The translations under genes were made by a program, and so were the position numbers. A stretch of 64,000 bases of DNA from Candidatus Hydrogenedentota bacterium (GTDB lineage: Bacteria; Hydrogenedentota; Hydrogenedentia; Hydrogenedentales; SLHB01). Below, piece after piece: positions 1 to 10,118 of this stretch (positions are counted from its first letter, which is position 1; each line of letters opens with the position of its first letter). The notes below the pieces were generated by a model, which was not told the origin of the DNA, ran no database searches, and saw only the letters and a program-made list of their open reading frames with translations. The stretch is from positions 41,000 through 104,999 of the forward strand of contig JABWCD010000001.1 in NCBI GenBank assembly GCA_013359265.1. The letters run 5' to 3'.

Positions 1-2
1 CG

Positions 3-1559
3 CAAGGTGTGTACAACGAACCGCGAACATCCGCACGCGGTGCGGTGATGTTGTGGGACGACGTTGGTTTGCTCGGCGGGTTCGCCGGCACTGAAACGAC
101 TCCGCTTGGGCGAGATTGGCTAACACATGCAACGGTCATTGACGGATCGACGGCGTTGAGCGGAGCGCCAGCGTTCAATGTGGTCTGGGCCGGCAACCGA
201 ACGAATCTCGACGGAGTTGCGGTTACAGGGGGATATGCTTCGTCGGTCCCATACGAACTGGGCGGAGGCGTGTTCGTACAGGGATCCTCGGTCCGCTTGG
301 CCAACTGCACCATCGAATACAATGCGGCCAATACGTTTGGCGGTGGAGCTTGTGTGTTCGTCGGCGCGGACGCGACGTTTGAGAATTGCACGTTTCGCCA
401 CAATACGGCTGGCGGCGAAGGCGGCGGATGCGATCTCGAATCGGGCGCATCGGGACGATTCGTCAGTTGCCGTTTCGAGAACAATTCAAGCAACATCGGC
501 GGAGGGGTGAATGGTTTCTTGCCCAACTTGATTCGACTCGAGCGCTGCCGATTCATCGAGAACCAAGGTGCGACGGGCGGCGGCGCGGTCTGTGTCCGCG
601 GCGGGAGCAGCCAGTCCCAGAATTGTGAGTTCAGCGGGAACACGGGCATTTTGGGGAGTGCGTACTACCTGTGGGATATCAATCACCAACTGGAGCAGGT
701 AACCTGTATTGGCAGCCCGGCATCGACCCACCCGCTCATCGTGATCGACGGCGTGCGATCGTGCGATATCCGCAATTCGATTTTCTGGTTGGACGGGCCG
801 TCGGCAATCCAGGTCATCGGAGGATCGGCGCCGACGGTGACATATTCGGACGTCAAAGGCTTGAGCCCCCTCGGCGACACCAATATTGACGCCGATCCGC
901 AGTTCATAGAGACGCCAGACGGGGTGTTATTGCGAACGGGTTCACCCTGCATTGATACGGCGGCAACGTTGCCGCACGTCCCGGCTGACCTGCGGGGCGT
1001 CGCGCGTCCGCAGCACGGCGCGTACGACATGGGTGCGTACGAGATGCGGCCCTATACGCTGCACGTCGGCACACGTGGAAGCGGAACGACCATTCCTCCA
1101 GCCGGTGACCATACGATTTTTGAACAGGATGCCGCGGTCCTGCAGGCCAATCCCGACCCGGGTTGGTATTGGTCAAAATGGGAAGGCGACGCAGCCTCTC
1201 TGGGGAACGGCGCGTCGATCGTCGTGGACAGCGACAAATCGGTGGTCGCGGTCTTCAAACAGTGCAAGCTTACCGTGAAATGGCCGGATGGCGGCGAATC
1301 TCTCGACGCCGGTGAAAAGTACGCGGTCAAGTGGAAGTGCCAAGGCGACACAGGAGACGCGGTGCGAATCGAGTTGGAGCGCAAAGGTTCGGTCGTCGCC
1401 GCGCTTCAATTGGACACGCCGAACGATGGTTCGCAGAAGTGCCGCATCCCGAGCAGCACGCCCGCAGCAGACGGTTACCGGATACGGGTAACGTCCACGA
1501 CGAATAGCAACTATACGGACACGAGCAATAGCGGTTTTCGGATCGAAGCCTCGCGGTAA
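3..1559 (+). CDS. Partial (5' end outside window) secreted/surface protein: right-handed beta-helix (pectin-lyase-like) repeats, choice-of-anchor Q-like segment, InlB B-repeat-like domain and C-terminal Ser/Thr-rich Ig-like domain
   Basis: Frame open from position 3; repeated N-x-A-x-x-GGG/GGA motifs; SPCID...DLRGVARP...YDMGAYE; ANPDPGWYWSKWEGD; PDGGE...Y.VKW. Confidence 0.7.
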   Translation, partial: QGVYNEPRTSARGAVMLWDDVGLLGGFAGTETTPLGRDWLTHATVIDGSTALSGAPAFNVVWAGNRTNLDGVAVTGGYASSVPYELGGGVFVQGSSVRLANCTIEYNAANTFGGGACVFVGADATFENCTFRHNTAGGEGGGCDLESGASGRFVSCRFENNSSNIGGGVNGFLPNLIRLERCRFIENQGATGGGAVCVRGGSSQSQNCEFSGNTGILGSAYYLWDINHQLEQVTCIGSPASTHPLIVIDGVRSCDIRNSIFWLDGPSAIQVIGGSAPTVTYSDVKGLSPLGDTNIDADPQFIETPDGVLLRTGSPCIDTAATLPHVPADLRGVARPQHGAYDMGAYEMRPYTLHVGTRGSGTTIPPAGDHTIFEQDAAVLQANPDPGWYWSKWEGDAASLGNGASIVVDSDKSVVAVFKQCKLTVKWPDGGESLDAGEKYAVKWKCQGDTGDAVRIELERKGSVVAALQLDTPNDGSQKCRIPSSTPAADGYRIRVTSTTNSNYTDTSNSGFRIEASR

Positions 1560-1565
1560 TACGCG

Positions 1566-2252
1566 CTACGCGCCAGCCGGAGGAATGCTCTGCAATTCGT
1601 TCGCGTGGTGGCGGATGATGCGTCCTTCGACGAGATAGATGACGTCCTCCGCGATGTTGGAGGCGTGGTCCGCGATGCGCTCGATGTATCGCGAAACACC
1701 GAGCAGATGTATATAGCTGTACGCCGCTTCCGGTTGTTCGCGGATGCAGCGTTCGGTGCTCACGTACATATCTCGATTGATGGCATCGACCTCGTCGTCC
1801 GCGGCGATGACGGCGTTCGCGGCGGCGACGTCGAGATTTACAAGCGCGTCGAGACTCTTGTGCAGCATGGTCTGAGCTTTCTGCGCCATTCCGGGAAAGT
1901 CATATGGAATATCTACGCGCGGCACGGTCGACAAGAAGAGCGTGCGCTCGGAAATATTCACGGTTGCGTCGCCGATGCGCTCCAATTCGGTGTTGATTTT
2001 GAGTACGGCGATGATAAAGCGCAGGTCGTGCGCCACGGGCTGGTGCAACGCCAGGATTTTTTGGCAGTCTTCCTCGATATCGACTTCCATCTGATCAATT
2101 ACGGTGTCCGCGTCGATGACCGATCGTGCGACGGCCGTATCGCGGTCGGCGAACGCATGGATGGCGCGGTACACGGCCTCTTCCACCAGCGTGCCGAGGT
2201 CGAGAATTCTCTTTTTCAGTTTGTCGATTTCGTTTTGGAGATGCCTGGACAT
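1566..2252 (-). CDS. phoU: Phosphate signalling complex protein PhoU
   Basis: QPVAHDLR, ELERIGD, IERIADHASNIAE motifs; last gene of pst operon. Confidence 0.97.
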   Translation of the reverse strand: MSRHLQNEIDKLKKRILDLGTLVEEAVYRAIHAFADRDTAVARSVIDADTVIDQMEVDIEEDCQKILALHQPVAHDLRFIIAVLKINTELERIGDATVNISERTLFLSTVPRVDIPYDFPGMAQKAQTMLHKSLDALVNLDVAAANAVIAADDEVDAINRDMYVSTERCIREQPEAAYSYIHLLGVSRYIERIADHASNIAEDVIYLVEGRIIRHHANELQSIPPAGA

Positions 2253-2286
2253 TTCGTGTTCTCTCTAGCAGTTGCGGATCCGTGCG

Positions 2287-3054
2287 CTAACCGTAGCGGC
2301 CGGAGACGTAGTCTTCCGTGCGTTTGTCCTTTGGGTTTTCGAATATGTCAACGGTCGGCCCGAACTCGACCATGTCGCCAAGCAACATGAAGGCCGTTTC
2401 GGTAGCGACGCGCGCGGCTTGCTGCATGTTGTGCGTAACGATTACAATCGTATACCTTTCGCAGAGGTTCCACATGAGTTCTTCGATGTGGCCCGTCGCG
2501 ATAGGATCTAACGCGGAACAGGGCTCGTCCATGAGCAAAACTTCCGGCTTTACCGCGACGACGCGCGAGATGCATAGGCGTTGCTGCTGCTCCGGCGAGA
2601 GCGAAAGCGCGGCGCTGGACAGCTTGTCTTTGACGTCGTCCCACAGGCCCGTGGCGCGCAGGCTCTTTTCAACAATTTCGTCCATTTCCGGGCCGCGTGC
2701 CATCCCGTGAACGCGCAAACCATAGGCGACGTTTTCTTCGACCGTTAACGGAAATGGGTTGGGCCGTTGGAACACCATCCCGACGCGCCGCCGCAGGCCC
2801 GCCAAATCGACCCCCGGCCCGTGGATATCCGACCCGTCCAGCAGGATTTTGCCATCGATACGCACACCTTTGATGAGGTCGTTCATCCGGTTCAGGCAGC
2901 GCAGCAGCGTTGACTTGCCGCATCCCGACGGCCCGATGATTGCAGTCGTCATTTTCGGTTTGATTCGAAGGCTCACCTTGTTCAGGGCCTTGAACTTTCC
3001 GTAGAACAGGTCCAAGTCCTCGGTCTGAATCTTGTGTTCGTTGGGGCTATTCAT
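2287..3054 (-). CDS. pstB: Phosphate ABC transporter ATPase PstB (copy with degenerate signature LSPEQ)
   Basis: [44 protein letters not shown]. Confidence 0.95.
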   Translation of the reverse strand: MNSPNEHKIQTEDLDLFYGKFKALNKVSLRIKPKMTTAIIGPSGCGKSTLLRCLNRMNDLIKGVRIDGKILLDGSDIHGPGVDLAGLRRRVGMVFQRPNPFPLTVEENVAYGLRVHGMARGPEMDEIVEKSLRATGLWDDVKDKLSSAALSLSPEQQQRLCISRVVAVKPEVLLMDEPCSALDPIATGHIEELMWNLCERYTIVIVTHNMQQAARVATETAFMLLGDMVEFGPTVDIFENPKDKRTEDYVSGRYG

Positions 3055-3824
3055 CCGAATCGTCCGGTGAGGTACTCGTCGGTGCGCGGGTTCTCCGGCT
3101 TGGTGAATACCTGTTCGGTAGGCCCGGTCTCGATGAGCTCCCCCATGAGAAAGAAGGCGATCCGGTCGGACGCCCGGCTGGCCTGTTTTGTGTTATTGGT
3201 GACCAAAATGATGGTATGCCGCGCGGCGAGTTCTGCAAGCGCATCTTCGATTTTGGCGGTCGAAATGGGGTCGAGTCCAGAACACGGTTCGTCGAGAATC
3301 AGCACGTCCGGGTTCAGCGCGAGGACACGCGCAAGACACAACCGCTGTTGTTGCCCTCCGGAGAGATTTGTTGCGGGTTCCTGGAGGCGGTCCTTGACCT
3401 CGTCCCAAATTACCGCGGATTTGAGGGAGGATTCCACGCGTTCGTCAAGCGTCGTCTTGTCGTTGATGCCGGCCAGACGCAATCCAAAAACGAGATTCTC
3501 GTAGACGGAGCGCGGTAACGGCACGGGCACCGCGTAGACCATGCCGACGCGCCGGCGCAAGGCAGCGACGTCGACATCCGGGCTGTAAATGTCCCGTCCG
3601 TCGAGCAGCACAGTTCCGGAGAACGAGAATTCGTAGACGAGGTCGTTCAGCCGGTTGATGCAACGCAGGAAGGACGTCTTGCCGCTGTTTGCCGGCCCAA
3701 TAATCGCCAGTCGCTGGTTGGGAAAGATGTCGAGATTGAGCTTCCGAAGCACTTCCTTTCCGGAGTACCGGACCGTCAGATCGCGAATCTGGATTTTGGG
3801 ATTGACCGCGGCGGCGTCCGTCAT
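3051..3824 (-). CDS. pstB: Phosphate ABC transporter ATPase PstB (copy lacking Q-loop Gln and H-switch His)
   Basis: [34 protein letters not shown]; 4-bp overlap with next gene. Confidence 0.93.
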   Translation of the reverse strand: MTDAAAVNPKIQIRDLTVRYSGKEVLRKLNLDIFPNQRLAIIGPANSGKTSFLRCINRLNDLVYEFSFSGTVLLDGRDIYSPDVDVAALRRRVGMVYAVPVPLPRSVYENLVFGLRLAGINDKTTLDERVESSLKSAVIWDEVKDRLQEPATNLSGGQQQRLCLARVLALNPDVLILDEPCSGLDPISTAKIEDALAELAARHTIILVTNNTKQASRASDRIAFFLMGELIETGPTEQVFTKPENPRTDEYLTGRFG

Positions 3825-4660
3825 TGCAGGCTCCGCGAGAAGCGATTCAATAACCAGTATGCAACCGCGTTAAGGAGCAGTATCGAAATGATGAGCACGG
3901 ACGCGGTCGCGTAGGCGTTGTCCATCGAGATACCTTCGCGAGACAGGATGTAGAAGTGCAGCGCGAGCGTGCGCGACGAGTCGAACATCGAACCGGGCAG
4001 GTGCAAAGCCGACCCGGCGGTCAACATGACGGCGGCAGTCTCGCTGATGCTGCGCCCGACGGAGAGGACGATTCCGGTGCAGATGCCCGGCGTCGCCGAC
4101 GGCAGGACCACGCGAGTGACCATCTGCCAGCGGGTGCTGCCAAGGCCATAACTGACTTCACGGTAGGAGTACGGCACGGCGCGAATTGCTTCCTCGGCCG
4201 TACGAATGATTGTGGGCAGCACCATCAATGCCAGCGTCAGCGCACCGGAAATCACGCTCAAGCCCATGCCGAGCGTGATGGTGAAAAACACAAAACCGAA
4301 CAGGCCAAAGATGATCGAGGGAATGCCGGCGAGACAGTCCGCGCCGAAGCGGATAATCGACGTCAACCGGCTTTCGCGCGTGTACTCGGTGAGATAGATT
4401 GCAGTGGCGACACCCACGGGCGCGGCGATAATCACCGCCAACCCCGCCACATAGACGGTCCCGACGATCATCGGGAAGATGCCGCCCATCCGCCCCATCC
4501 GCCGTGGAGACTGCAGAAGGAATTCCAGGGTAATGTGGGGCACGCCATGTGCGAGAATGTACGCGATGATGAACAACAACACGCTGACCGTAGTGCCGGC
4601 GAGCAACCACATGATGCCGACGGCCACGCGTTGCGCAGCGGTCGGAGACATGACCCTCAT
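3821..4660 (-). CDS. pstA: Phosphate ABC transporter permease PstA
   Basis: C-terminal part of ORF 3821..5656; ATG at 4660 overlaps the pstC stop (ATGA); LAGIPSIIFGLFG, ISETAAV. Confidence 0.95.
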   Translation of the reverse strand: MRVMSPTAAQRVAVGIMWLLAGTTVSVLLFIIAYILAHGVPHITLEFLLQSPRRMGRMGGIFPMIVGTVYVAGLAVIIAAPVGVATAIYLTEYTRESRLTSIIRFGADCLAGIPSIIFGLFGFVFFTITLGMGLSVISGALTLALMVLPTIIRTAEEAIRAVPYSYREVSYGLGSTRWQMVTRVVLPSATPGICTGIVLSVGRSISETAAVMLTAGSALHLPGSMFDSSRTLALHFYILSREGISMDNAYATASVLIISILLLNAVAYWLLNRFSRSLQ

Positions 4661-5514
4661 CGGCCACCACCGCGAACGCCGCGCTTGGCAATGAGCAACG
4701 CGGCGGTATTCAGAATCATGATGATTATGAACAGCGTGACCGCCGTGGCAAACAACGCGTCCCGGTGTTTTCCGGAAGCGTACCCCATTTCGAGCGCAAT
4801 GTTGCTGGTGAGTGTGCGCACGGCGTCGAGTGGACCGTGCGGGATTTCGAGCGTGTTGCCGGCGACCATGATGACGGCCATCGTTTCGCCGACGGCGCGT
4901 CCCATACCCAAAATAATCGCGGCGACGATTCCGGAACGCGCCGCCTTCAGCAGGACCATGTAGGTGGACTGCCACTCTGTAGCGCCGAGTGCAATCGAAC
5001 CTTCCCAATACGATCGGGGCACGGCCTTGATTGCATCCACGGAGATGCTGGTAACCGTTGGCAGGACCATCACGCCGAGCACAATCGATGCGGCAAGCAC
5101 GGACAACCCCGGCCCGCCCAGATGCGTGCGAATCAGCGGCGCAATGGTTACGACGCCGATGAACCCGTAAACGACCGAGGGAATTCCGGCCAGGAGTTCG
5201 ATAAGCGGCTTTAGAATTGCGGCGATTTCGCGGGGGCAAAATTGCGTCAACACAATGGCAAGGCCAAGTCCAAACACGGTGCCGATGATCATGGCGCCGG
5301 CAGTGACCGCCAGCGAGCCGACGATCATGGACAGGATGCCGAAGCTTCCGTTCTTTGGGTCCCAATCGAGCGAGAGAAAGAACCCACGCGCACCTGATTC
5401 GATTATGAGGGGCAGGCCCGATTTGAAGATGAATACTGTAATCAACGCGAGCCCGGACACCGCCGAGAACGCCACGATCATCAGCGCAGCCGCTATGAGT
5501 TTGTCCTGTCTCAT
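4657..5514 (-). CDS. pstC: Phosphate ABC transporter permease PstC
   Basis: ELLAGIPSVVYG, GRAVGETMAV, TLTSNIALEM. Confidence 0.96.
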   Translation of the reverse strand: MRQDKLIAAALMIVAFSAVSGLALITVFIFKSGLPLIIESGARGFFLSLDWDPKNGSFGILSMIVGSLAVTAGAMIIGTVFGLGLAIVLTQFCPREIAAILKPLIELLAGIPSVVYGFIGVVTIAPLIRTHLGGPGLSVLAASIVLGVMVLPTVTSISVDAIKAVPRSYWEGSIALGATEWQSTYMVLLKAARSGIVAAIILGMGRAVGETMAVIMVAGNTLEIPHGPLDAVRTLTSNIALEMGYASGKHRDALFATAVTLFIIIMILNTAALLIAKRGVRGGGR

Positions 5515-6365
5515 TTCGCTCGCACGAGGCCTTCCGACTCGAGAGTGCGTTGCCCTTCAGGTGAAAGCACGTAATCCATAAACCGCTGTGCTTCGGGTCG
5601 AAGCGTCCCTTCCGTGATGAACAAGAACGGCCGGGCAAGCTTGTATTGGTCAGCAATTACGTTTTCGCCCGTCGGCTCGACGCCGTCCACTTTTATTGCT
5701 TTCAGCTCCGAGCCGACCAGGCCCAGTGACATGTAACCGATCGCGGCGGGATCGCCCTTGACCAGCTCTTTCACCGCTCCGTTCGATTCCTGCGTCAGCG
5801 CGGCGCGCGAGATTCGCTCTTTCCCCATGACGAGGTGCGTGAAGCTCTCGCGCGTGCCCGACCCTTCCTCACGCGTAATTGGCCGGACGGGTCCGTCTTC
5901 TCCGCCGACATCCTTCCAACTGCGAATTGAACCGCTGAATAGCGCGCGCAACTGGTCCGTTGTCAGTTCGGTCACTGGATTGCCCGGGTTGACCACGATT
6001 GCCAGGCCGTCCCGGGCGATTGTCGTGCCGGAGAACTGCTTTTCTTCGTCCTCGGTTAGCGAGCGCGAACACATGCCGATGTCGGCGAGTTGATTCGCAA
6101 CTGCCTGGAGTCCCGCCGTGGAGCCGCCGCCTTGCACCTCGACGTTTTCTTCAGCGTGTGCGGCCATGTATTCCTCTGCGAGGAATTCGGCGAAGGGCTG
6201 GACCGACGTGGAACCGACAACGTTCACCGCGCGCTCATGTTTTCCGCCGCACCCCAGTGCGAGAAAGCACAGTGCGACGGTCAAACAGAGTGACGATATC
6301 CACTCCGCTAACGATTTCGACATGGTTCCCCGCGCGCCAGAATCCGGGACATCGGGTACGGACAC
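5511..6365 (-). CDS. pstS: Phosphate ABC transporter substrate-binding lipoprotein PstS (start may be ATG 6323)
   Basis: Lipobox LALGC; GSTSV, GGGS.AG, REEGSGTR, LARPFLF. Confidence 0.93.
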   Translation of the reverse strand: MSVPDVPDSGARGTMSKSLAEWISSLCLTVALCFLALGCGGKHERAVNVVGSTSVQPFAEFLAEEYMAAHAEENVEVQGGGSTAGLQAVANQLADIGMCSRSLTEDEEKQFSGTTIARDGLAIVVNPGNPVTELTTDQLRALFSGSIRSWKDVGGEDGPVRPITREEGSGTRESFTHLVMGKERISRAALTQESNGAVKELVKGDPAAIGYMSLGLVGSELKAIKVDGVEPTGENVIADQYKLARPFLFITEGTLRPEAQRFMDYVLSPEGQRTLESEGLVRAK

Positions 6366-6794
6366 CCCGGCCCTACTTCCCTCTCGTGATTAGCCGATAG
6401 GGTATCATTCAACGACCGTGAAGTCCAAAAGAATGCCGCCCCGAACAATCGTTGGATGGTGAAGTGCACACCCTATTCCCGCGGTAAACGGAAGCCGGAT
6501 TCGCTCCTCTATCGCGTTCCAAGCAACGGAGAAAAAGTTGGGATATCGGGTTGGTCGAAACTCCAACGGGGATCATCCCACGAGTTTGCACCCGGCGTTT
6601 CCGATGGTTCTCCATGAAGGGCTTCTCGGAGCCGCATCAGGAACTCGAGACCTGGTGCGTGAGCGGTACGGTTTCCAGCATGCATCGGCGGGCAGCCGAC
6701 GTCGTTTCGCTTCGTTGCGATTCGGGGATCTATCTCGTAGACTGACACCTCTCTACCTGAGGCGCACCGCGATGTCTGGGAGCTGTGGAGTCAG

Positions 6795-7943
6795 GTGCAG
6801 CACGATAGCGGCACAATTATTGTTGGAGCTGGTCCATCCGGTCTGGCGATGGCGGCGTGCCTCAAGCGCGCCGACGTGCCGTTCGAATTGATCGAACGCG
6901 CGGAGCACGTGGGATCGGCTTGGCGGTCGCATTACGAACGGCTGCACCTGCATACGGTCAAGAAACACTCGAACCTGCCGTACTTTTCGTTCCCGGCCGG
7001 CGTCGAGAAGTACCCGTCGCGCCAGGACGTAGTCGACTATCTCGATGCGTATATGCGCCATTTTGACATTGAGCCGCGCTTGGGCGAAGAAGTCATATCT
7101 ATCCGGCGAGATAACGGCGCCTGGCAAACGACGACGACGCGCCGCGCGTACACATCGCAGCGGGTGGTGATCGCGACAGGGTACAACCGAAGGCCGGTGA
7201 TACCCACGTGGCCCGGCGAAGAGTCGTTTCAGGGCGCCATCATACACAGCGCGGAGTACCGCAACGGAGAACCGTACCGCGGCAAACGCGTGCTCGTGGT
7301 CGGGATTGGCAACACGGGTGGCGAGATCGCAATCGATCTCTGCGAATATGGCGCTGCGCCGGTGCATATCAGCGTGCGCGGTCCCATCAACGTCATCCCG
7401 CGCGACTACCTTGGTACGCCCGCGCAAGTGTCCGGGATCATGTTGAGCAAACTCCCGCGCGCGGTGCGGTACCCACTGAGCAAAGCGATCGCACGCGTTG
7501 CGACGGGAGACCTTTCGCGGTACGGGATTCGTTGGCCGGAGTTTGGGCCCATCGAGAGCGTCGAACGGTTTGGCCGCGTCGCCCTTATCGATATCGGCAC
7601 CATCGATTTGATCAAGCGCGGCGAGATCACGGTCGTGCCGGGCATAAAGCGTTTCACCGAGCGCGGAGTTGCGTTCATGGATGGCGCTACCCACGAGTAC
7701 GACGCGGTGATCCTTGCGACGGGATACAAACCGCGCATCGAAGATTTTCTCCAAGATGCGCATGACGTAACCGACGAAGCCGGATACCCCGTTCCGCCGG
7801 CTGGCGAGTCCAAATGGCCGGGCCTGTACTTTCTCGGCTTCGTAAATCCTCCGACCGGATTGCTGCGGCAGATCGCCATCGATGCGCAGCGTATCGCCGC
7901 CGAGATTGCGTACACGGCGACCCGGAGTCACGCTCATGCGTAA
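6795..7943 (+). CDS. Class B flavin monooxygenase (FMO / YUCCA-like)
   Basis: GAGPSG (FAD), FQGAIIHSAEYR (FMO fingerprint), GIGNTG (NADPH), two ATGY motifs. Confidence 0.9.
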   Translation: MQHDSGTIIVGAGPSGLAMAACLKRADVPFELIERAEHVGSAWRSHYERLHLHTVKKHSNLPYFSFPAGVEKYPSRQDVVDYLDAYMRHFDIEPRLGEEVISIRRDNGAWQTTTTRRAYTSQRVVIATGYNRRPVIPTWPGEESFQGAIIHSAEYRNGEPYRGKRVLVVGIGNTGGEIAIDLCEYGAAPVHISVRGPINVIPRDYLGTPAQVSGIMLSKLPRAVRYPLSKAIARVATGDLSRYGIRWPEFGPIESVERFGRVALIDIGTIDLIKRGEITVVPGIKRFTERGVAFMDGATHEYDAVILATGYKPRIEDFLQDAHDVTDEAGYPVPPAGESKWPGLYFLGFVNPPTGLLRQIAIDAQRIAAEIAYTATRSHAHA

Positions 7944-8955
7944 TATGGAACATTGGCATCCGGTTGCCCTGTCGGCCGAGTTGGGTACGAAACCGATCGG
8001 GGTCCGGCTGAACGGCGAAGAGATCGCATTGTTTCGCACTGTGCGCGGCGAAATCGGCGCATTGCAGGATCAGTGCCCGCACCGCCGCATGCGGCTCAGT
8101 TGCGGCGCGGTTAGGGGGGACCGGCTCGAGTGCCCGTATCATGGCTGGACATTTGACTGCTCGGGTGCGGGCGAAAGCCCCGGCACGCCAAAACTGCACG
8201 CGCAGGCGAAACACTACGAGGTTCGCGAGCAGTACGGCGCCGTTTGGATTCGGCGCGCGGGCGGGGAAACAGCGTTTCCTGAATTCGAGGTCGCGGGATA
8301 CCACCCGGCGTGCGTACTGCGGCACGTCGCGAGTGCGCCGCTTGAGGTGGTGCTCGACAACTTCACCGAAATCGAGCACACACCGACGACGCACGCGCTC
8401 CTGGGCTATGAACTCGCCCACATGCCGGAAGTGACGACGGCGGTCGAGTCCACCGAGGATTCGGTGTACGTCTTCAATCGCGGCCCGCAGAAGCGTATCC
8501 CGCTCTATTTTCGCGCGCTCCTGGGAGTCCGCGAGGGCGACATGTTTGTGGACGAATGGACGACACGCTTTTCGCCTGTGTATTCGGTGTACGATCAGTG
8601 GTGGTCAGACCCGAAGACCGGTAAGGAGCGGCGCGACCGCTTACGCATCTATGTGTTTTTCAATCCGATCGGTCCGGAAGAAACGGGGCTTGTCACATTT
8701 GCGTTCTTGAAATCTCGGCTTTGGAGTGGCGGCGCGGTGCGCGCCATCGTTGGGCCAGTGCTGCGCAAACTGGTTGACATGGAGGTGGGTCTCGATGTGC
8801 AGATGCTTTCGAGGCTCGCGGACAAAACGCCGGGAATCGAGGGGATGCGTCTGAGCCGTTTCGACAAGGTGCTGGGATTGAACCGGAAGCGCATCGCCAC
8901 AGTGTATCGAGGCGAGCGCGACGAGACCATCGATACGCCTGCGCTGCCGCATTAG
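7936..8955 (+). CDS. Rieske non-heme iron oxygenase alpha subunit (VanA/KshA-like size)
   Basis: CPHR...CPYHGW Rieske motif; NFTEIEHTPTTH mononuclear-iron motif; ATG 7936 overlaps the FMO 3' end. Confidence 0.9.
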   Translation: MRNMEHWHPVALSAELGTKPIGVRLNGEEIALFRTVRGEIGALQDQCPHRRMRLSCGAVRGDRLECPYHGWTFDCSGAGESPGTPKLHAQAKHYEVREQYGAVWIRRAGGETAFPEFEVAGYHPACVLRHVASAPLEVVLDNFTEIEHTPTTHALLGYELAHMPEVTTAVESTEDSVYVFNRGPQKRIPLYFRALLGVREGDMFVDEWTTRFSPVYSVYDQWWSDPKTGKERRDRLRIYVFFNPIGPEETGLVTFAFLKSRLWSGGAVRAIVGPVLRKLVDMEVGLDVQMLSRLADKTPGIEGMRLSRFDKVLGLNRKRIATVYRGERDETIDTPALPH

Positions 8956-8979
8956 CCGATACAAGACGGGAGTTATGGA

Positions 8980-9501
8980 TTGTCTGCGAAGAGTTTGGCA
9001 GTAGTCCTTGCCGAGAACATGTACGAGAACCTGGAATTGCATTATCCGCGGCTTCGCCTCATCGAGGCGGGCTATGAGGTGAAGGTTGTCGGGCCCAAGA
9101 AAGGCGAGACCTATGGGTCGAAGGAGGGATATCCTGCGGTAACGGATGCGGCATTCGGGGACATCGACCCGAAACAGGTGAAGATACTGGTGGTGCCGGG
9201 CGGTTTTGCGCCGGACAAATTGCGGCGGTATCCGGAGTGCAATCGATTTGTCGCCGACGCGTGGGCCGCGGGCGCGGTCGTTGGCGCGATCTGCCACGCG
9301 GGCTGGGTCCCCATCAGCGCCAAGATAGTGCGAGGAGTGCGGATGACGAGCGTGAACGCAATCAAGGACGACCTCGAAAACGCCGGAGCAATTTGGGTTG
9401 ATGAGCCGTGCGTCGTCGATGGTCGTTTCGTCTCGGCGCAAATACCGAAGGACCTGCCCGCGTTCATGGAAGCGGTCCTTCGTGTGGCGGAGGCGAAATG
9501 A
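8980..9501 (+). CDS. PfpI/DJ-1 family (class I glutamine amidotransferase-like) protein
   Basis: YENLELHYP, VPGGFAPDKLR, AICHAG, DLPAF. Confidence 0.92.
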   Translation: MSAKSLAVVLAENMYENLELHYPRLRLIEAGYEVKVVGPKKGETYGSKEGYPAVTDAAFGDIDPKQVKILVVPGGFAPDKLRRYPECNRFVADAWAAGAVVGAICHAGWVPISAKIVRGVRMTSVNAIKDDLENAGAIWVDEPCVVDGRFVSAQIPKDLPAFMEAVLRVAEAK

Positions 9502-10118
9502 TTGCGCAAATGCTTTGGCAATCGAACGGCGACCTTGCGAAGTCGTGCCTCGATCATCCCTTTGTGCTGGGATTGGCGGACGGCTCGTTGCCGCCGCAGC
9601 GGTTCGCGCGGTACATGGAACAGGACGCGTATTTTCTCGATGCGTTCGCGCGGGCGTATGCGATGGCGCTGGCCAAGAGCCCGGATCGCGAAGGGTTCTT
9701 CGCGTTCAAGGATTTGTTGGACGGTGTGCTTGATGAACTTCAACTGCACGAAGAGTTGGCTGCGCGGCACAATCTGAACCTCGAACCGGAGCCGTCGCCC
9801 GCTACGGTTTCGTATACGGATTTCCTGTTGCGCGTTGCGGCAATGGCGCCGGTGGGAGAGATCGTTGCGGCGATGACACCGTGCATGCGGCTGTACGCGT
9901 GGCTGGGACAAGAACTGGCGGAGAAGTTGTCAAAGACGAGCCCGTACCGAGATTGGGTGATGACGTACAGCAGCCCGGAGTTCGAAGGGCTTGCGACTCG
10001 GCTCGAGGACTTATTGGACAAGTACGGTAAAGGGCTCGACAAGGTCCCCGCGAATTACCGTCGCGCGATGGAGTTGGAGTTCGCTTTTTTCGATGAGGCG
10101 TGGCATTTGAATGTGTAG
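9498..10118 (+). CDS. tenA: TenA family thiaminase II / aminopyrimidine aminohydrolase
   Basis: HPFV, YMEQDAYFL, PCMRLY (catalytic Cys), ELEFAFF; ATGA overlap with upstream gene. Confidence 0.9.
   Translation: MIAQMLWQSNGDLAKSCLDHPFVLGLADGSLPPQRFARYMEQDAYFLDAFARAYAMALAKSPDREGFFAFKDLLDGVLDELQLHEELAARHNLNLEPEPSPATVSYTDFLLRVAAMAPVGEIVAAMTPCMRLYAWLGQELAEKLSKTSPYRDWVMTYSSPEFEGLATRLEDLLDKYGKGLDKVPANYRRAMELEFAFFDEAWHLNV

Noticed and set aside
4661..5656. N-terminal 330 aa of ORF 3821..5656
   Set aside because: Off-frame overlap of pstC; real PstA starts at 4660
6366..6520. Pho box upstream of pstS
   Set aside because: No 11-bp-periodic direct repeat could be identified
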